Virus record (IMG/VR): IMGVR_UViG_3300034200_001454 | Span: 13,477-77,476 of that record | Origin: a virus | Strand: one strand, 5' to 3' | Length of the DNA: 64,000 nucleotides | Part shown: positions 9,452-18,653 of the stretch, piece after piece | Numbering within the stretch: the first letter of the stretch is position 1 | How the letters are laid out: every line of letters starts with the position of its first letter | Program-made: the position numbers and the translations under genes | Notes under the pieces: model-generated | The model's database searches: none | Seen by the model: only the letters and a program-made list of their open reading frames with translations | Told to the model about the DNA's origin: nothing

Positions 9452-9915
9452 GCGGAATTATTGTCGGCGGCTCGTTCAGCAATCCAAATAACTTAGCGGC
9501 AAAACTCGCGAAGGCTTTTGAGGAGTGGACAAGAGAGGACATTCAAAAAGAGTATTGGAATGAACAATTTAGAGATATGGACAGATGGCAGTATGGAGGA
9601 GAGACGCGCAGAAAAAATGGCGATTTAATTAGCGAAGGTCGTCGCGATATTTATGATCTTGGTGCTCTCTATGAAAGCGGACTAGAAAATTTCAATGTAA
9701 CCCTAGGCAGTTCTGCGATTGTTGCATCATGGACATGGGATGCGATCAACCCCAAGAATGGCTATCACTATGCAGTTGATGTGCATGAAGGACTGGGAAC
9801 AAGCGCTGGTTATCCTCGACAATGGACAGACGAGCTTGCTTCGCCTGCATTGTTTGAAGGAAGCGACGTGCAGTTAGCATTGAAGCGCCGAATTAAATTT
9901 GCGTTTAGTGCATGA
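9448..9915 (+). CDS. Putative neck/tail completion protein (HK97 gp10-like)
   Basis: RDIYDLGAL...YAVDVHEG...PRQW motifs. Confidence 0.55.
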   Translation: MSGIIVGGSFSNPNNLAAKLAKAFEEWTREDIQKEYWNEQFRDMDRWQYGGETRRKNGDLISEGRRDIYDLGALYESGLENFNVTLGSSAIVASWTWDAINPKNGYHYAVDVHEGLGTSAGYPRQWTDELASPALFEGSDVQLALKRRIKFAFSA

Positions 9916-10169
9916 ATATTGACTATCTGTGGAGCGAAGACCGCTCTGTTCATGCCATTAATAATCAGCTTGACGGAGCGTCCATGGAGGTGGGCATCCT
10001 CTGTCTTATTTCTTGTCGAGACGAGACCATTAGAATAAGCAACGAAAATCATTCATTGCTTGTTGAAGTGCCTAAAGAATTTCGCTCTAGCAGTGAAAGG
10101 GTGAAGGTGTTCAACGCATTGTTAAACGTTCTTGATCATGAGCAAATACAGCTTCCTTCTGCAGACTAA
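9912..10169 (+). CDS. Hypothetical protein
   Basis: Translationally coupled ORF in tail operon. Confidence 0.55.
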   Translation: MNIDYLWSEDRSVHAINNQLDGASMEVGILCLISCRDETIRISNENHSLLVEVPKEFRSSSERVKVFNALLNVLDHEQIQLPSAD

Positions 10170-10674
10170 AGCCGAAGATTATTTTGAGCTTCTTCCTGAA
10201 ATTCGCATGAAGAAATATGGTGGCTGGCTTGTCGCTGAAGCAATTGAACAGGAAGAAATTAGTAAGTTGCAAAGCCAAGCTACTATTAGGGCTGTGCAAC
10301 TGGCTAAGCGCATTGCCACTGCAAAGGACATTCCGCTGGACGAAGCTTTTAGTTTGCTTCAGGGAGGCGGTGGTTCCATTACTGAAGCTGAACTTCTCTC
10401 GGAATATACCGAGGAAACACTGAGCATGATCACCAGTGGCTCTTCAGTGGAGAGCACCAACGCCCGCATGGTTACTGCCTTTATTCGCTCTCGCGGTCAA
10501 GGTTTGATTGATGGCGAATGGCAAGATCTTGCGGACTGGGAATTGGATGATACTAAAAACCTTCCCCGTAAAGCCATTGCAAAAGTGGTTGAGTTTATTG
10601 CTGAAGAGCAAAATGCTGAGACGCAGGAGGCAATGGCAGCAAAAAAAGCGACGAAGAGGAATGGTCCTCAGTAG
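10138..10674 (+). CDS. Tail assembly chaperone (gpG analogue)
   Basis: Upstream of tape measure; slippery A AAA AAA at 10641-10647. Confidence 0.75.
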   Translation: MSKYSFLLQTKAEDYFELLPEIRMKKYGGWLVAEAIEQEEISKLQSQATIRAVQLAKRIATAKDIPLDEAFSLLQGGGGSITEAELLSEYTEETLSMITSGSSVESTNARMVTAFIRSRGQGLIDGEWQDLADWELDDTKNLPRKAIAKVVEFIAEEQNAETQEAMAAKKATKRNGPQ

Positions 10675-11114
10675 CAGAAATGCTGGAAGCGCGAGCGCGT
10701 AACCAGCTTAAAAATTTGACGGATTGGAACGAAATCTATTTTCGGCTTTCGGCATCAGATTTTAATGACAGGCGATGGCATGCAGATCAATTTGGTTTGC
10801 AGCCATTGTCTGATATTAAGCGTGCGTTGAAATACCTTGATAAACATGACGTAGCAAAATATAATGTCCAGAGCGTTGCCATCGCCAAGCTTGGCACGAT
10901 GGCGGCTGGCATGATGGCGGGACGCAAGTCCAAGGTAAAGCCAGAAGATTTCTTGCCATTTGATACCAAAGCAATTAAGAAAGATACAGGCGTTACGGAT
11001 GCTAGTTTGATCGTCTTCCAGCGCTTAATGAAGACAAGGAAGATGGACGGAAGAGTTATTGCTTTACTGGCGGATGATTTGAAAGCTTTTGCTGGGCGTA
11101 ATCAGGATCAATGA
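10641..11114 (+). CDS. Tail assembly chaperone extension (gpGT analogue, -1 frame)
   Basis: -1 frame open from slippery site (KKSDEEEWSSVAEMLEAR...) into ORF 10680-11114. Confidence 0.7.
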   Translation, partial: KKSDEEEWSSVAEMLEARARNQLKNLTDWNEIYFRLSASDFNDRRWHADQFGLQPLSDIKRALKYLDKHDVAKYNVQSVAIAKLGTMAAGMMAGRKSKVKPEDFLPFDTKAIKKDTGVTDASLIVFQRLMKTRKMDGRVIALLADDLKAFAGRNQDQ

Positions 11115-11147
11115 TTATAGAATGAAGACAATAACGAGCAGTTGAAG

Positions 11148-14100
11148 ATGGCAGGTCAAAATGCTGACATGACCCTTAAGGTGGGTCTTGACCTTAATTT
11201 CTTCAGGCAGGAATTACAGAAAGCATCGTCTTCTCTTGCAGGGCAGCCGATTGATATTAATGTTCGTTTTAAGAGGAATCAGATTACTAACGAATTGCGA
11301 CTGCTCAGCAATTCGCTTAGCAGGAAAACATACGATGTTGAAGTAAAAAGCACAAGCCTCGAAGCCCTGCTAAAACAAGTAAATACTTTCAAGCAAACGC
11401 TCAAAAATCTCAAGGATGAAAAGATTGAGCTGAGCATTAATGCTTCGGCCAACATTGAAAAATTTAGCAAAGAAAAAATCCGCAAGATACGGGCGCAAAT
11501 TCGCAGCGATATTGTGTCTGGGGGAGCTGGAGAAATTCAGCTTCCGACAAAACTTGCTGCGCCAAGCACACCTGCATTTATTAAGGATGTAGCCAAAAAA
11601 GTAAAAGAGCAAATTAGCGCATCATCTGCAGAAGGCGGTATTCCCATCGCGACAAAGCTTGCATTACCCGGCATTACGGACACGCTAAAAGCTCTGCAAA
11701 AAAATCTAAACCAAAAAGATCCACTGCGAGTAAAAGTTAGTACAACGCCGTCAATCAAAAAGGCGGATGTAACCGCATTTAAAACTGCCGTCAGTGAAAA
11801 ATTCAAGAACATCACCGTAAAGGTTAGGGCTGAGCTTGACACCGCCACTACTGTCGCGCAAGTCGCTACTGCCGGACCTTCTCGTACTTTCTTGCAAGAG
11901 CTGAAAGACTTAGACAAGAGCGCTCTTCAAAATATTTATAAAGCCGCTGGCGAAGATGCGCTACTGGCGTTTGATGAAGGAATTATCAATAACAAAGCAA
12001 AAATGGCGCAAGCCTTAAGCAAGGCGGGGGAAGACGCAAGCGCCGGGTTTATTGCCGCACTTGAAAATAAAAAGAGCGCTTTGTTTAAGGCTGCAGGCGA
12101 ATACGGCGGCGCCTTGCTCAGCGGTTTGAAAAAAACTCTCAAAATACAATCTCCTTCGAGGGAGATGTTTGATATTGGCGATGATGCGGGCAAAGGTTTT
12201 GAACTCGGCCTGCTGAAAGCAATGGAGTTAGCGGAGAAGTCCGCTACCAATCAAATGCGGCGGATGTTAGACCGTCTCGCTCGAATGGCGCTCATGATGG
12301 GAGGCATGAGTGCGGCGGCAATTAACAAACAAGTTGCGCAATCAAGGGCCCTGCCCAGTGTTAATTTTCCAGCGACTGTACCACCTAGTCAGAGCATTCC
12401 TATTGGGCCATCTTCTACTGGCAGGACTCTTCCTGCTAGTCGTGCTGCCGCTGGATTGATTGGAGCTGTACAGGCTCCTGTAGGCTTACTACCAAGCGCA
12501 ACAAGACAGAGTGGACTTACTACTGGCCTTGAAGCCTTAATTCAATCACTCGTTTCCCAAAGTCGCGGGAGGGGGCCGGAAGGTCCTAGTTCCATTGTTT
12601 CCATGGAGACAGGATTTATTCCTGCGATGCGCGAACGCTTTGCGAAAGCTGCGGAACGCTATTTGTTTGGCGTTGAAACGCAAGTAATGGATTTGTTCGA
12701 CGCTGCGTTGAGACAAGTGGAATCTGCAGTTGATTTGCATATCGCAAAGATTCAAGGGCAGATTTCGCAAAGAATGAGAAACGCTTTTTCCGTAGTGGAT
12801 CTTGGCGTGCAGGAACGACCAATGCTTCCTGGTGCCGCTACAGGACAAGAGCCTCTAATGCTGCCTTCTGCAGGCGGAACAACACCGCAAGGACAGATGC
12901 GTTTCAACGCAGTTCGCACTGGCGAAGTTATTCCTTCTACACCATTGATGCTTCCGCCCGCTGGCGGCACCACGCCTCGCAGGGAAATGCGTTTCAATGC
13001 AGTGACATCTACTGGTGGACGAGGCGGCGGTTATGTCCCTCCCGGCGGTTTCCCGGAAGAGGGCATGCTTGGCATGCTTGGTGGGCGCCAAGGTCCAGCT
13101 ACGTTTATTGGTGCTGGCAGTCAAATGGTGAAACTTAAAGCTAATTTAGATGCCACTGTTCAATCAGTAGAGCAGTTCCGCAAGTCTCAGATACCGCTAG
13201 CAGGTACCATGCAAGAGCTTGCCGGAGAATTTGGAAACGCGGCTCAGCAAGTATTGCTTTATGGAACGGCTTACAAAGCGCTTGCATTCTTTGTGGGCCT
13301 TCCTGGTCAGGCTTTGAATGCAGCAAAAAGCTTACAAACATTTAACAACCAATTAAATGCAATCACTGGAAGTTCCGAGAATGCAGATCGGGCATTTGCT
13401 TTTGTCGATAATTTAGCTGCTCGTTTTAATGTGCCACTGGAAAGTGCTCGTCAGGGATTCGTAAAACTTTACGCTTCCATGGCTCCCGCTGGTTTTAGTA
13501 GCGGTGAAATTGAAAATCTATTCAGTGGAATTAGCAAAGCATCTGCAACTCTTGGACTTAGTTCCGATAAAGTTGATCGTGTTACTTATGCCTTCTCTCA
13601 AATGGCCAGTAAAGGTCAATTGATGAGCGAGGAAGTTAGCGGCCAATTGGGCGACGTAATCCCAGGCGCGTTGTCAATCATGGCAGAAGCTGCTCGCATG
13701 GATATTGCCACGTTCAAGAAAGCGATGGAAGACGGCGTATTCGTTGGAGAAACCTTCAAGCAGGTAATGAGCAATGTGCCTATTGTTTTGGAAAATCGTT
13801 TTGGGAAAGGAGCCGCTAACGCCGCGAAAACTCTTCAGGGTTCGATGAACGCTCTTGCTATTTCAACGCAAAAGTTTTATGAATCTTTTGAACCCATTGT
13901 TTCTATGGGCGCAGCTTCAATTTTCCCCATCATTGCTGTTGCCATTAATGATGCAACGCAAGCAGTACAGGCATTCACTGCTGCTATGCAGGGCAATACT
14001 ACTCCCGCTCAAATGCTAGAAGGCAATGCTGCTCAAATTTATGGCGTATTGCAGCAATTAAGGGAAATCTTTGTAGCCGTCGCAGGAGTTATTCAAGGTA

Positions 14101-17100
14101 TAGCTCCAACATTGATGATCGTCGGAAAAACATTTTTAACAACAGCGGAATACGTTGCAAAGCTTATTAATACACCAATCGGAGGTTTCCTTGCTGATCT
14201 TGCTGTCAAAGCCGGCATTGCGCTAATCGCTGTTCAGTTGCTTACAAAAACTGGAATAGTTGGATTGATTTCGCAGTTAATTTTGCTTCAAAGAAGCACT
14301 GCAGCGGCAGGCGGCGGTCTTCTCGCTTTTGCTGGTAATTTAACAAAAACAGGTACGGCTGCTAAACTTTTCAGACTTGCAATAACTGGACTAATTGGCG
14401 CTGGCATTTTGTTTGGCATCGAAGCTTTGGTCAATGCCATTGGCAGAATGGCCAATCGTTTGTCTGATGCAAGGAAAAATGCAATTGCTGCTCGCGATGC
14501 AATTAAATCAATGACTGGAGCCGAACTTGGAGAGCAAATAATTGTTCAGCAAAACAAACTTCAAGCTTTAAGCAGAACTCAAAAAGCTGGAGGCAGGATA
14601 GGTTCTGAAAAAGATCGTCAAGCTTTAGAGCAAATGGGGATGAAGGTTTCGGCCACAGGCGGGACTTTTGTTGGAGGGCAGTTGATTGGCGGCAAGTATG
14701 CAGTTGACAAAAACTTGATTGAGTCTTTCCGAATTAGGGAGAAAGAGCAGCTAAAAGCAATTCAAGACCAAAGAAAATCGCTTTACGATACCACTCCTCT
14801 CCCGTTGAATGAGGTAGAGCTTGGCGCGGGGACAGGGGACGAAAAAGCAACCAAGAAAGCTCTCAATGACGCAGAGCAATTGGCGAAGCAAGAACAGCAG
14901 CGCCGCATTGAGCTTGCAAATTTTGCGAATGATATGCAAAAGATTGAATTTGACCGCGACGTACAGTTAAGTGACGCAGCTTTTGAGCACAAGAAAAGTC
15001 TTATTGATACACTCAATGAATATGAACTTTCTGGCCTCAATGATATACAGGCTCGCCAAGTTAAATTTGCCCAAGACCTTAAGAAGATTCAATTGAATGC
15101 AGTTGATGCTGTCAGGAAGGCATTGCAAAAATCTCAAGAAGCGCAATTGAACGTAGTCGCTGCGCAACGCACTGCACAAGCTGCCGGAGGAGGAGAGGGT
15201 CCATCTGTGGCCGGATTCACTCCAGCCGAATTATCCACTGCGACAGCCGCAGCGAGCAAGTTTACAGGTATCGCCAATATGTGCTCGGAATCCGTAAAAG
15301 CTTTTTACAAGAGCTTGGGAATTTCGCTGCCCGGCGTGACGGCATGGGCAGATACGGTGCGCAATGCCGGTACAACAATGAGGGATTGGTCCAAATTGAC
15401 GCCCGGCGACATTGTTGCTACTGGCAGGCCTGGGGACACTCCTCACGTTGGTGTTTATACTGGCGGACAAAATGTATTCCACCAAAGCAGGAGCAGGGGA
15501 TTGAAGGCTGGCAATTATCCAGACCTTGATTACTTTAAGCAGGGTGGATACTTTGTTCGTCCCAATGGCGGAATGAAGCAATCATCTGCTTCTTTCTCCA
15601 TGGATACAAAGGTGCAGAAAGAAAGCTTTGATTTGCAAAAACAGCTTGCTCAATCCACGAATCAGATTGCTTTGCAAAGTTTGGAAATCGAAAGAGCAAT
15701 TCAACTAGCAAAAGAACAAACAGCGGCAACAATTAAAGCAAATATTGGCAACATTTTCCCTGTTGAGAAACAAAAGCTTGATCTTCAGTTGCAGCAAATG
15801 CGGAATAATTTAATTTTACAAGGCATGCCACAAGAGTATATTGACTACGAAGAACAGCGTGCATTGAAGACGGAAGAGGCGGCTGCAGCTTCGTCGAAGA
15901 TGAAGGACGCGATTAACGAAGCAAAAGTAGAGCTAAGTAAATACAATACCGAGGCGGCTAAGGGAATAGATTTGGCGCCAGAACAAAAAGCTCGCATGAA
16001 GATCCTTGAGGATCAAATTGCAGCGAATGAAGAAGGGCTTAAAAAATTAACGGACGCCCAGCGACAATCAAACATTGCTTCTCTTGAAAGTGCAATTGCG
16101 ACGATGAAGCAAGCTGACGCGCTTAAGGCATTGCAAGAAAGATCAGAACGCATTAATCAATCCGTGGAGGGTGTCACTGGCACTTACAAAGATATGTTCA
16201 AGGAGATTGCCAAAGGCGGCGATTCAGTAGAAGCGCTTAAAAAAGCGCAAGAAGCTTTGGCCGATCAAGCGTTGACTATGTTCTTTGACTTTGCAATGCA
16301 GCCAGTTGAAAAGTTCTTCAAGGATCAGTTGGGAGCAATTTTTGGAGTGCCAAACGAGGAGCAGCAAAGGCAGAAAACTATTTCTGCAATGGAAGCCCAA
16401 TTAAAGGAACTACAAGCGCAGAAACAAATACAAACAGACATTAAAAACAATACTGACAGAATGGTTGGCGCCGCTCCCGGTAATCAACAGGCTCAAGCTC
16501 TTCCTGGAGCGATGCCTTCAGCCATTGTCCAAGGCATCGACGTGCCAATTGATCAGATGCCCGCAGGAATGCAATTTGAGGAGTCAATCGGTGCTGCTAC
16601 TGAAAACCTGAACACTGCTACAGAAGGTGTCGCCGAAACTGTCAATAAAACGGCAGAAAAAACAAAAGAGGCTAACATTGATTGGCAAAAAGCACTGGGT
16701 GCAACGGTACAGGGTATTGGTGTCGCCGCAGGCTCAATTATGGGCATTGCTGCTGGCATTAACCAAACGAAAGAAGGTGGTTTTGCTAACACTCTTGGTG
16801 GCATTGGCATGATAATGAGCAGTGTCGGTGGTCTATTAGGTGGATTTAGTAATATTGCAGGCATGTTTAGAGGTGGAGGCGGAGCATCTGCCATTGTTCA
16901 AGGCGTAGACATTCCAGCATCAGCATTGCCTCCCGGTATGGCATTCGCCAATGGTGGTATTGCCCATGGTGGCTTTATTCCCTTCCGTGCCTTCGCCAAT
17001 GGAGGAGCTGTCTCTGGCCCCACTCTTGGCCTTGTAGGCGAAGGACGTTACAACGAAGCCATTGTTCCTCTTCCCGATGGCAGAAGCATTCCCGTACAGC

Positions 17101-17351
17101 TTGGCGGCAAGTCTGCTCGCGATCTCATGGGAGGCAATGCTCCTGGCATGCCTGCCGCTCCTTCTCTTAATATGAAATTCGAGACCACAAAGATTAATGG
17201 CGTAGAGTATGTAAGCAGGGAGCAGTTAGAAATGGCTATGGCAGAAACACGTCGTGCTTCCATTTCTGGAGGGGCAAAACAAGGCATGGCAATGACTTTA
17301 GATAAAATTAAACAAAGCCCCTCCACTCGTTCTCGCATTGGTATGCGCTAA
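11148..17351 (+). CDS. Tape measure protein with internal NlpC/P60-like hydrolase domain
   Basis: ~2070 aa; tape-measure motif FSQMASKGQLMSEEVSGQLGD; NMCSESV...PGDIV...PHVGVY; C-terminal FANGG/GEGRYNEAIVPL. Confidence 0.9.
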   Translation: MAGQNADMTLKVGLDLNFFRQELQKASSSLAGQPIDINVRFKRNQITNELRLLSNSLSRKTYDVEVKSTSLEALLKQVNTFKQTLKNLKDEKIELSINASANIEKFSKEKIRKIRAQIRSDIVSGGAGEIQLPTKLAAPSTPAFIKDVAKKVKEQISASSAEGGIPIATKLALPGITDTLKALQKNLNQKDPLRVKVSTTPSIKKADVTAFKTAVSEKFKNITVKVRAELDTATTVAQVATAGPSRTFLQELKDLDKSALQNIYKAAGEDALLAFDEGIINNKAKMAQALSKAGEDASAGFIAALENKKSALFKAAGEYGGALLSGLKKTLKIQSPSREMFDIGDDAGKGFELGLLKAMELAEKSATNQMRRMLDRLARMALMMGGMSAAAINKQVAQSRALPSVNFPATVPPSQSIPIGPSSTGRTLPASRAAAGLIGAVQAPVGLLPSATRQSGLTTGLEALIQSLVSQSRGRGPEGPSSIVSMETGFIPAMRERFAKAAERYLFGVETQVMDLFDAALRQVESAVDLHIAKIQGQISQRMRNAFSVVDLGVQERPMLPGAATGQEPLMLPSAGGTTPQGQMRFNAVRTGEVIPSTPLMLPPAGGTTPRREMRFNAVTSTGGRGGGYVPPGGFPEEGMLGMLGGRQGPATFIGAGSQMVKLKANLDATVQSVEQFRKSQIPLAGTMQELAGEFGNAAQQVLLYGTAYKALAFFVGLPGQALNAAKSLQTFNNQLNAITGSSENADRAFAFVDNLAARFNVPLESARQGFVKLYASMAPAGFSSGEIENLFSGISKASATLGLSSDKVDRVTYAFSQMASKGQLMSEEVSGQLGDVIPGALSIMAEAARMDIATFKKAMEDGVFVGETFKQVMSNVPIVLENRFGKGAANAAKTLQGSMNALAISTQKFYESFEPIVSMGAASIFPIIAVAINDATQAVQAFTAAMQGNTTPAQMLEGNAAQIYGVLQQLREIFVAVAGVIQGIAPTLMIVGKTFLTTAEYVAKLINTPIGGFLADLAVKAGIALIAVQLLTKTGIVGLISQLILLQRSTAAAGGGLLAFAGNLTKTGTAAKLFRLAITGLIGAGILFGIEALVNAIGRMANRLSDARKNAIAARDAIKSMTGAELGEQIIVQQNKLQALSRTQKAGGRIGSEKDRQALEQMGMKVSATGGTFVGGQLIGGKYAVDKNLIESFRIREKEQLKAIQDQRKSLYDTTPLPLNEVELGAGTGDEKATKKALNDAEQLAKQEQQRRIELANFANDMQKIEFDRDVQLSDAAFEHKKSLIDTLNEYELSGLNDIQARQVKFAQDLKKIQLNAVDAVRKALQKSQEAQLNVVAAQRTAQAAGGGEGPSVAGFTPAELSTATAAASKFTGIANMCSESVKAFYKSLGISLPGVTAWADTVRNAGTTMRDWSKLTPGDIVATGRPGDTPHVGVYTGGQNVFHQSRSRGLKAGNYPDLDYFKQGGYFVRPNGGMKQSSASFSMDTKVQKESFDLQKQLAQSTNQIALQSLEIERAIQLAKEQTAATIKANIGNIFPVEKQKLDLQLQQMRNNLILQGMPQEYIDYEEQRALKTEEAAAASSKMKDAINEAKVELSKYNTEAAKGIDLAPEQKARMKILEDQIAANEEGLKKLTDAQRQSNIASLESAIATMKQADALKALQERSERINQSVEGVTGTYKDMFKEIAKGGDSVEALKKAQEALADQALTMFFDFAMQPVEKFFKDQLGAIFGVPNEEQQRQKTISAMEAQLKELQAQKQIQTDIKNNTDRMVGAAPGNQQAQALPGAMPSAIVQGIDVPIDQMPAGMQFEESIGAATENLNTATEGVAETVNKTAEKTKEANIDWQKALGATVQGIGVAAGSIMGIAAGINQTKEGGFANTLGGIGMIMSSVGGLLGGFSNIAGMFRGGGGASAIVQGVDIPASALPPGMAFANGGIAHGGFIPFRAFANGGAVSGPTLGLVGEGRYNEAIVPLPDGRSIPVQLGGKSARDLMGGNAPGMPAAPSLNMKFETTKINGVEYVSREQLEMAMAETRRASISGGAKQGMAMTLDKIKQSPSTRSRIGMR

Positions 17352-17746
17352 TGGCAGTTTTCCCTTCTATCAGACCGACTAGGCGCTCTTATACACCTGG
17401 ACAATTCCCCACGAAAGTTTATCGAGGTCTTTCTGGTGCCACTGTAAAGCGCATCTTTGGCAATCGTTCATTTGGTCATTCCATCGAACTAGAGTTTGCC
17501 AACATCACTGATGCTAATGTGAAGCTTATTCTCGATCATTACTATGGACAAGCCGGAAACTACACCCGTTTTACTCTGCCCAACGATACATTTTCTGGCA
17601 TGAGCGATAGTCTTCGCGGCGTTGTACAGGCTCCAACCAGTATTCTCTGGGAATATGCTCAACCTCCGCAAGTTGAAAGTGTGTTCAATGGAAGAAGCAC
17701 TGTTACAGTGAGCCTGATTGGCGAGCTTGATTATTCTGGGGCCTGA
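17351..17746 (+). CDS. Distal/minor tail protein
   Basis: Directly after tape measure, 131 aa. Confidence 0.6.
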   Translation: MAVFPSIRPTRRSYTPGQFPTKVYRGLSGATVKRIFGNRSFGHSIELEFANITDANVKLILDHYYGQAGNYTRFTLPNDTFSGMSDSLRGVVQAPTSILWEYAQPPQVESVFNGRSTVTVSLIGELDYSGA

Positions 17747-17751
17747 TTACA

Positions 17752-18261
17752 ATGATGCCAACAATTCGAGTGGCGCATTTTGCATTCATTCAAACAGCAA
17801 ATGGACGATCGCACTACTATCAGAACTATTTCTTTGGCAAGGATTTTACTGCCGTAGCAATTCCTGGTAGCGCTTCTCCTCTGTATCGTCACGCACCATT
17901 TCAAGCGCAGGGTTCTACTGCTGCATTGGGAGGAGATAATCCTGCTTTGCAGCTTTTGTTTCCACATTCTCCTTTTGCTATTGCAATGGTGGAAGACGGA
18001 GAAGGCAATAGGCTTAGCACTTTAGAACTTAAGACAGTATGGATGGCAAACAGTGGAGACTTGACGAACTATGCAGCTTATACAGTAACCAGTCAATACG
18101 TGGAATACTACGTTGGCGTGGGTGCTGCATTTAGTGATACTACAATTGAACTACGTTTTAGAAGTGCAATGGATAGCGTGGGCGCTGGATTCCCAGGACA
18201 GCAATTGTCTAGGCAAAATGCAGGCATTCTCCCATTGAACTCTGATTTGATCCTGCAATGA
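17752..18261 (+). CDS. Minor tail protein (gpL-like position)
   Basis: Synteny. Confidence 0.55.
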   Translation: MMPTIRVAHFAFIQTANGRSHYYQNYFFGKDFTAVAIPGSASPLYRHAPFQAQGSTAALGGDNPALQLLFPHSPFAIAMVEDGEGNRLSTLELKTVWMANSGDLTNYAAYTVTSQYVEYYVGVGAAFSDTTIELRFRSAMDSVGAGFPGQQLSRQNAGILPLNSDLILQ

Positions 18262-18653
18262 TCAATGATCTAATTGGTCTGTCTTACGAGCGACGTGCTC
18301 GACCCGCAGATGGCAATGGCAGAAGTGATTGCTTTATGCTCGTTTGTGAAGCACGAAGACGACTAGGGCTGCATGATTACGAACAAGATTTTCAATGGGC
18401 GTATGATCAATATGATGCAGGCAATCTTCCAATGCCTCGCATTATGCGATGGCTATTGACCAACGGAAAGAAGACTACAGAATTGAATGATGGCAATGTA
18501 GCAATAATGAAGAATCTTGGTGGTGAGTTGGCAGTGGGAGTAGTTTATGATAGGGGGATACTTATCATTGCAAAAGGAGCAAGGTCGTTTTGGGTGGCCG
18601 AACCATCTCTTTCTGCGATCAAGCTATTTGCAATGCTGCCTGATATTAAGTGA
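18258..18653 (+). CDS. NlpC/P60-like tail tip assembly protein (gpK-like)
   Basis: DLIGLSY...SDCFMLV motif, synteny. Confidence 0.65.
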   Translation: MINDLIGLSYERRARPADGNGRSDCFMLVCEARRRLGLHDYEQDFQWAYDQYDAGNLPMPRIMRWLLTNGKKTTELNDGNVAIMKNLGGELAVGVVYDRGILIIAKGARSFWVAEPSLSAIKLFAMLPDIK

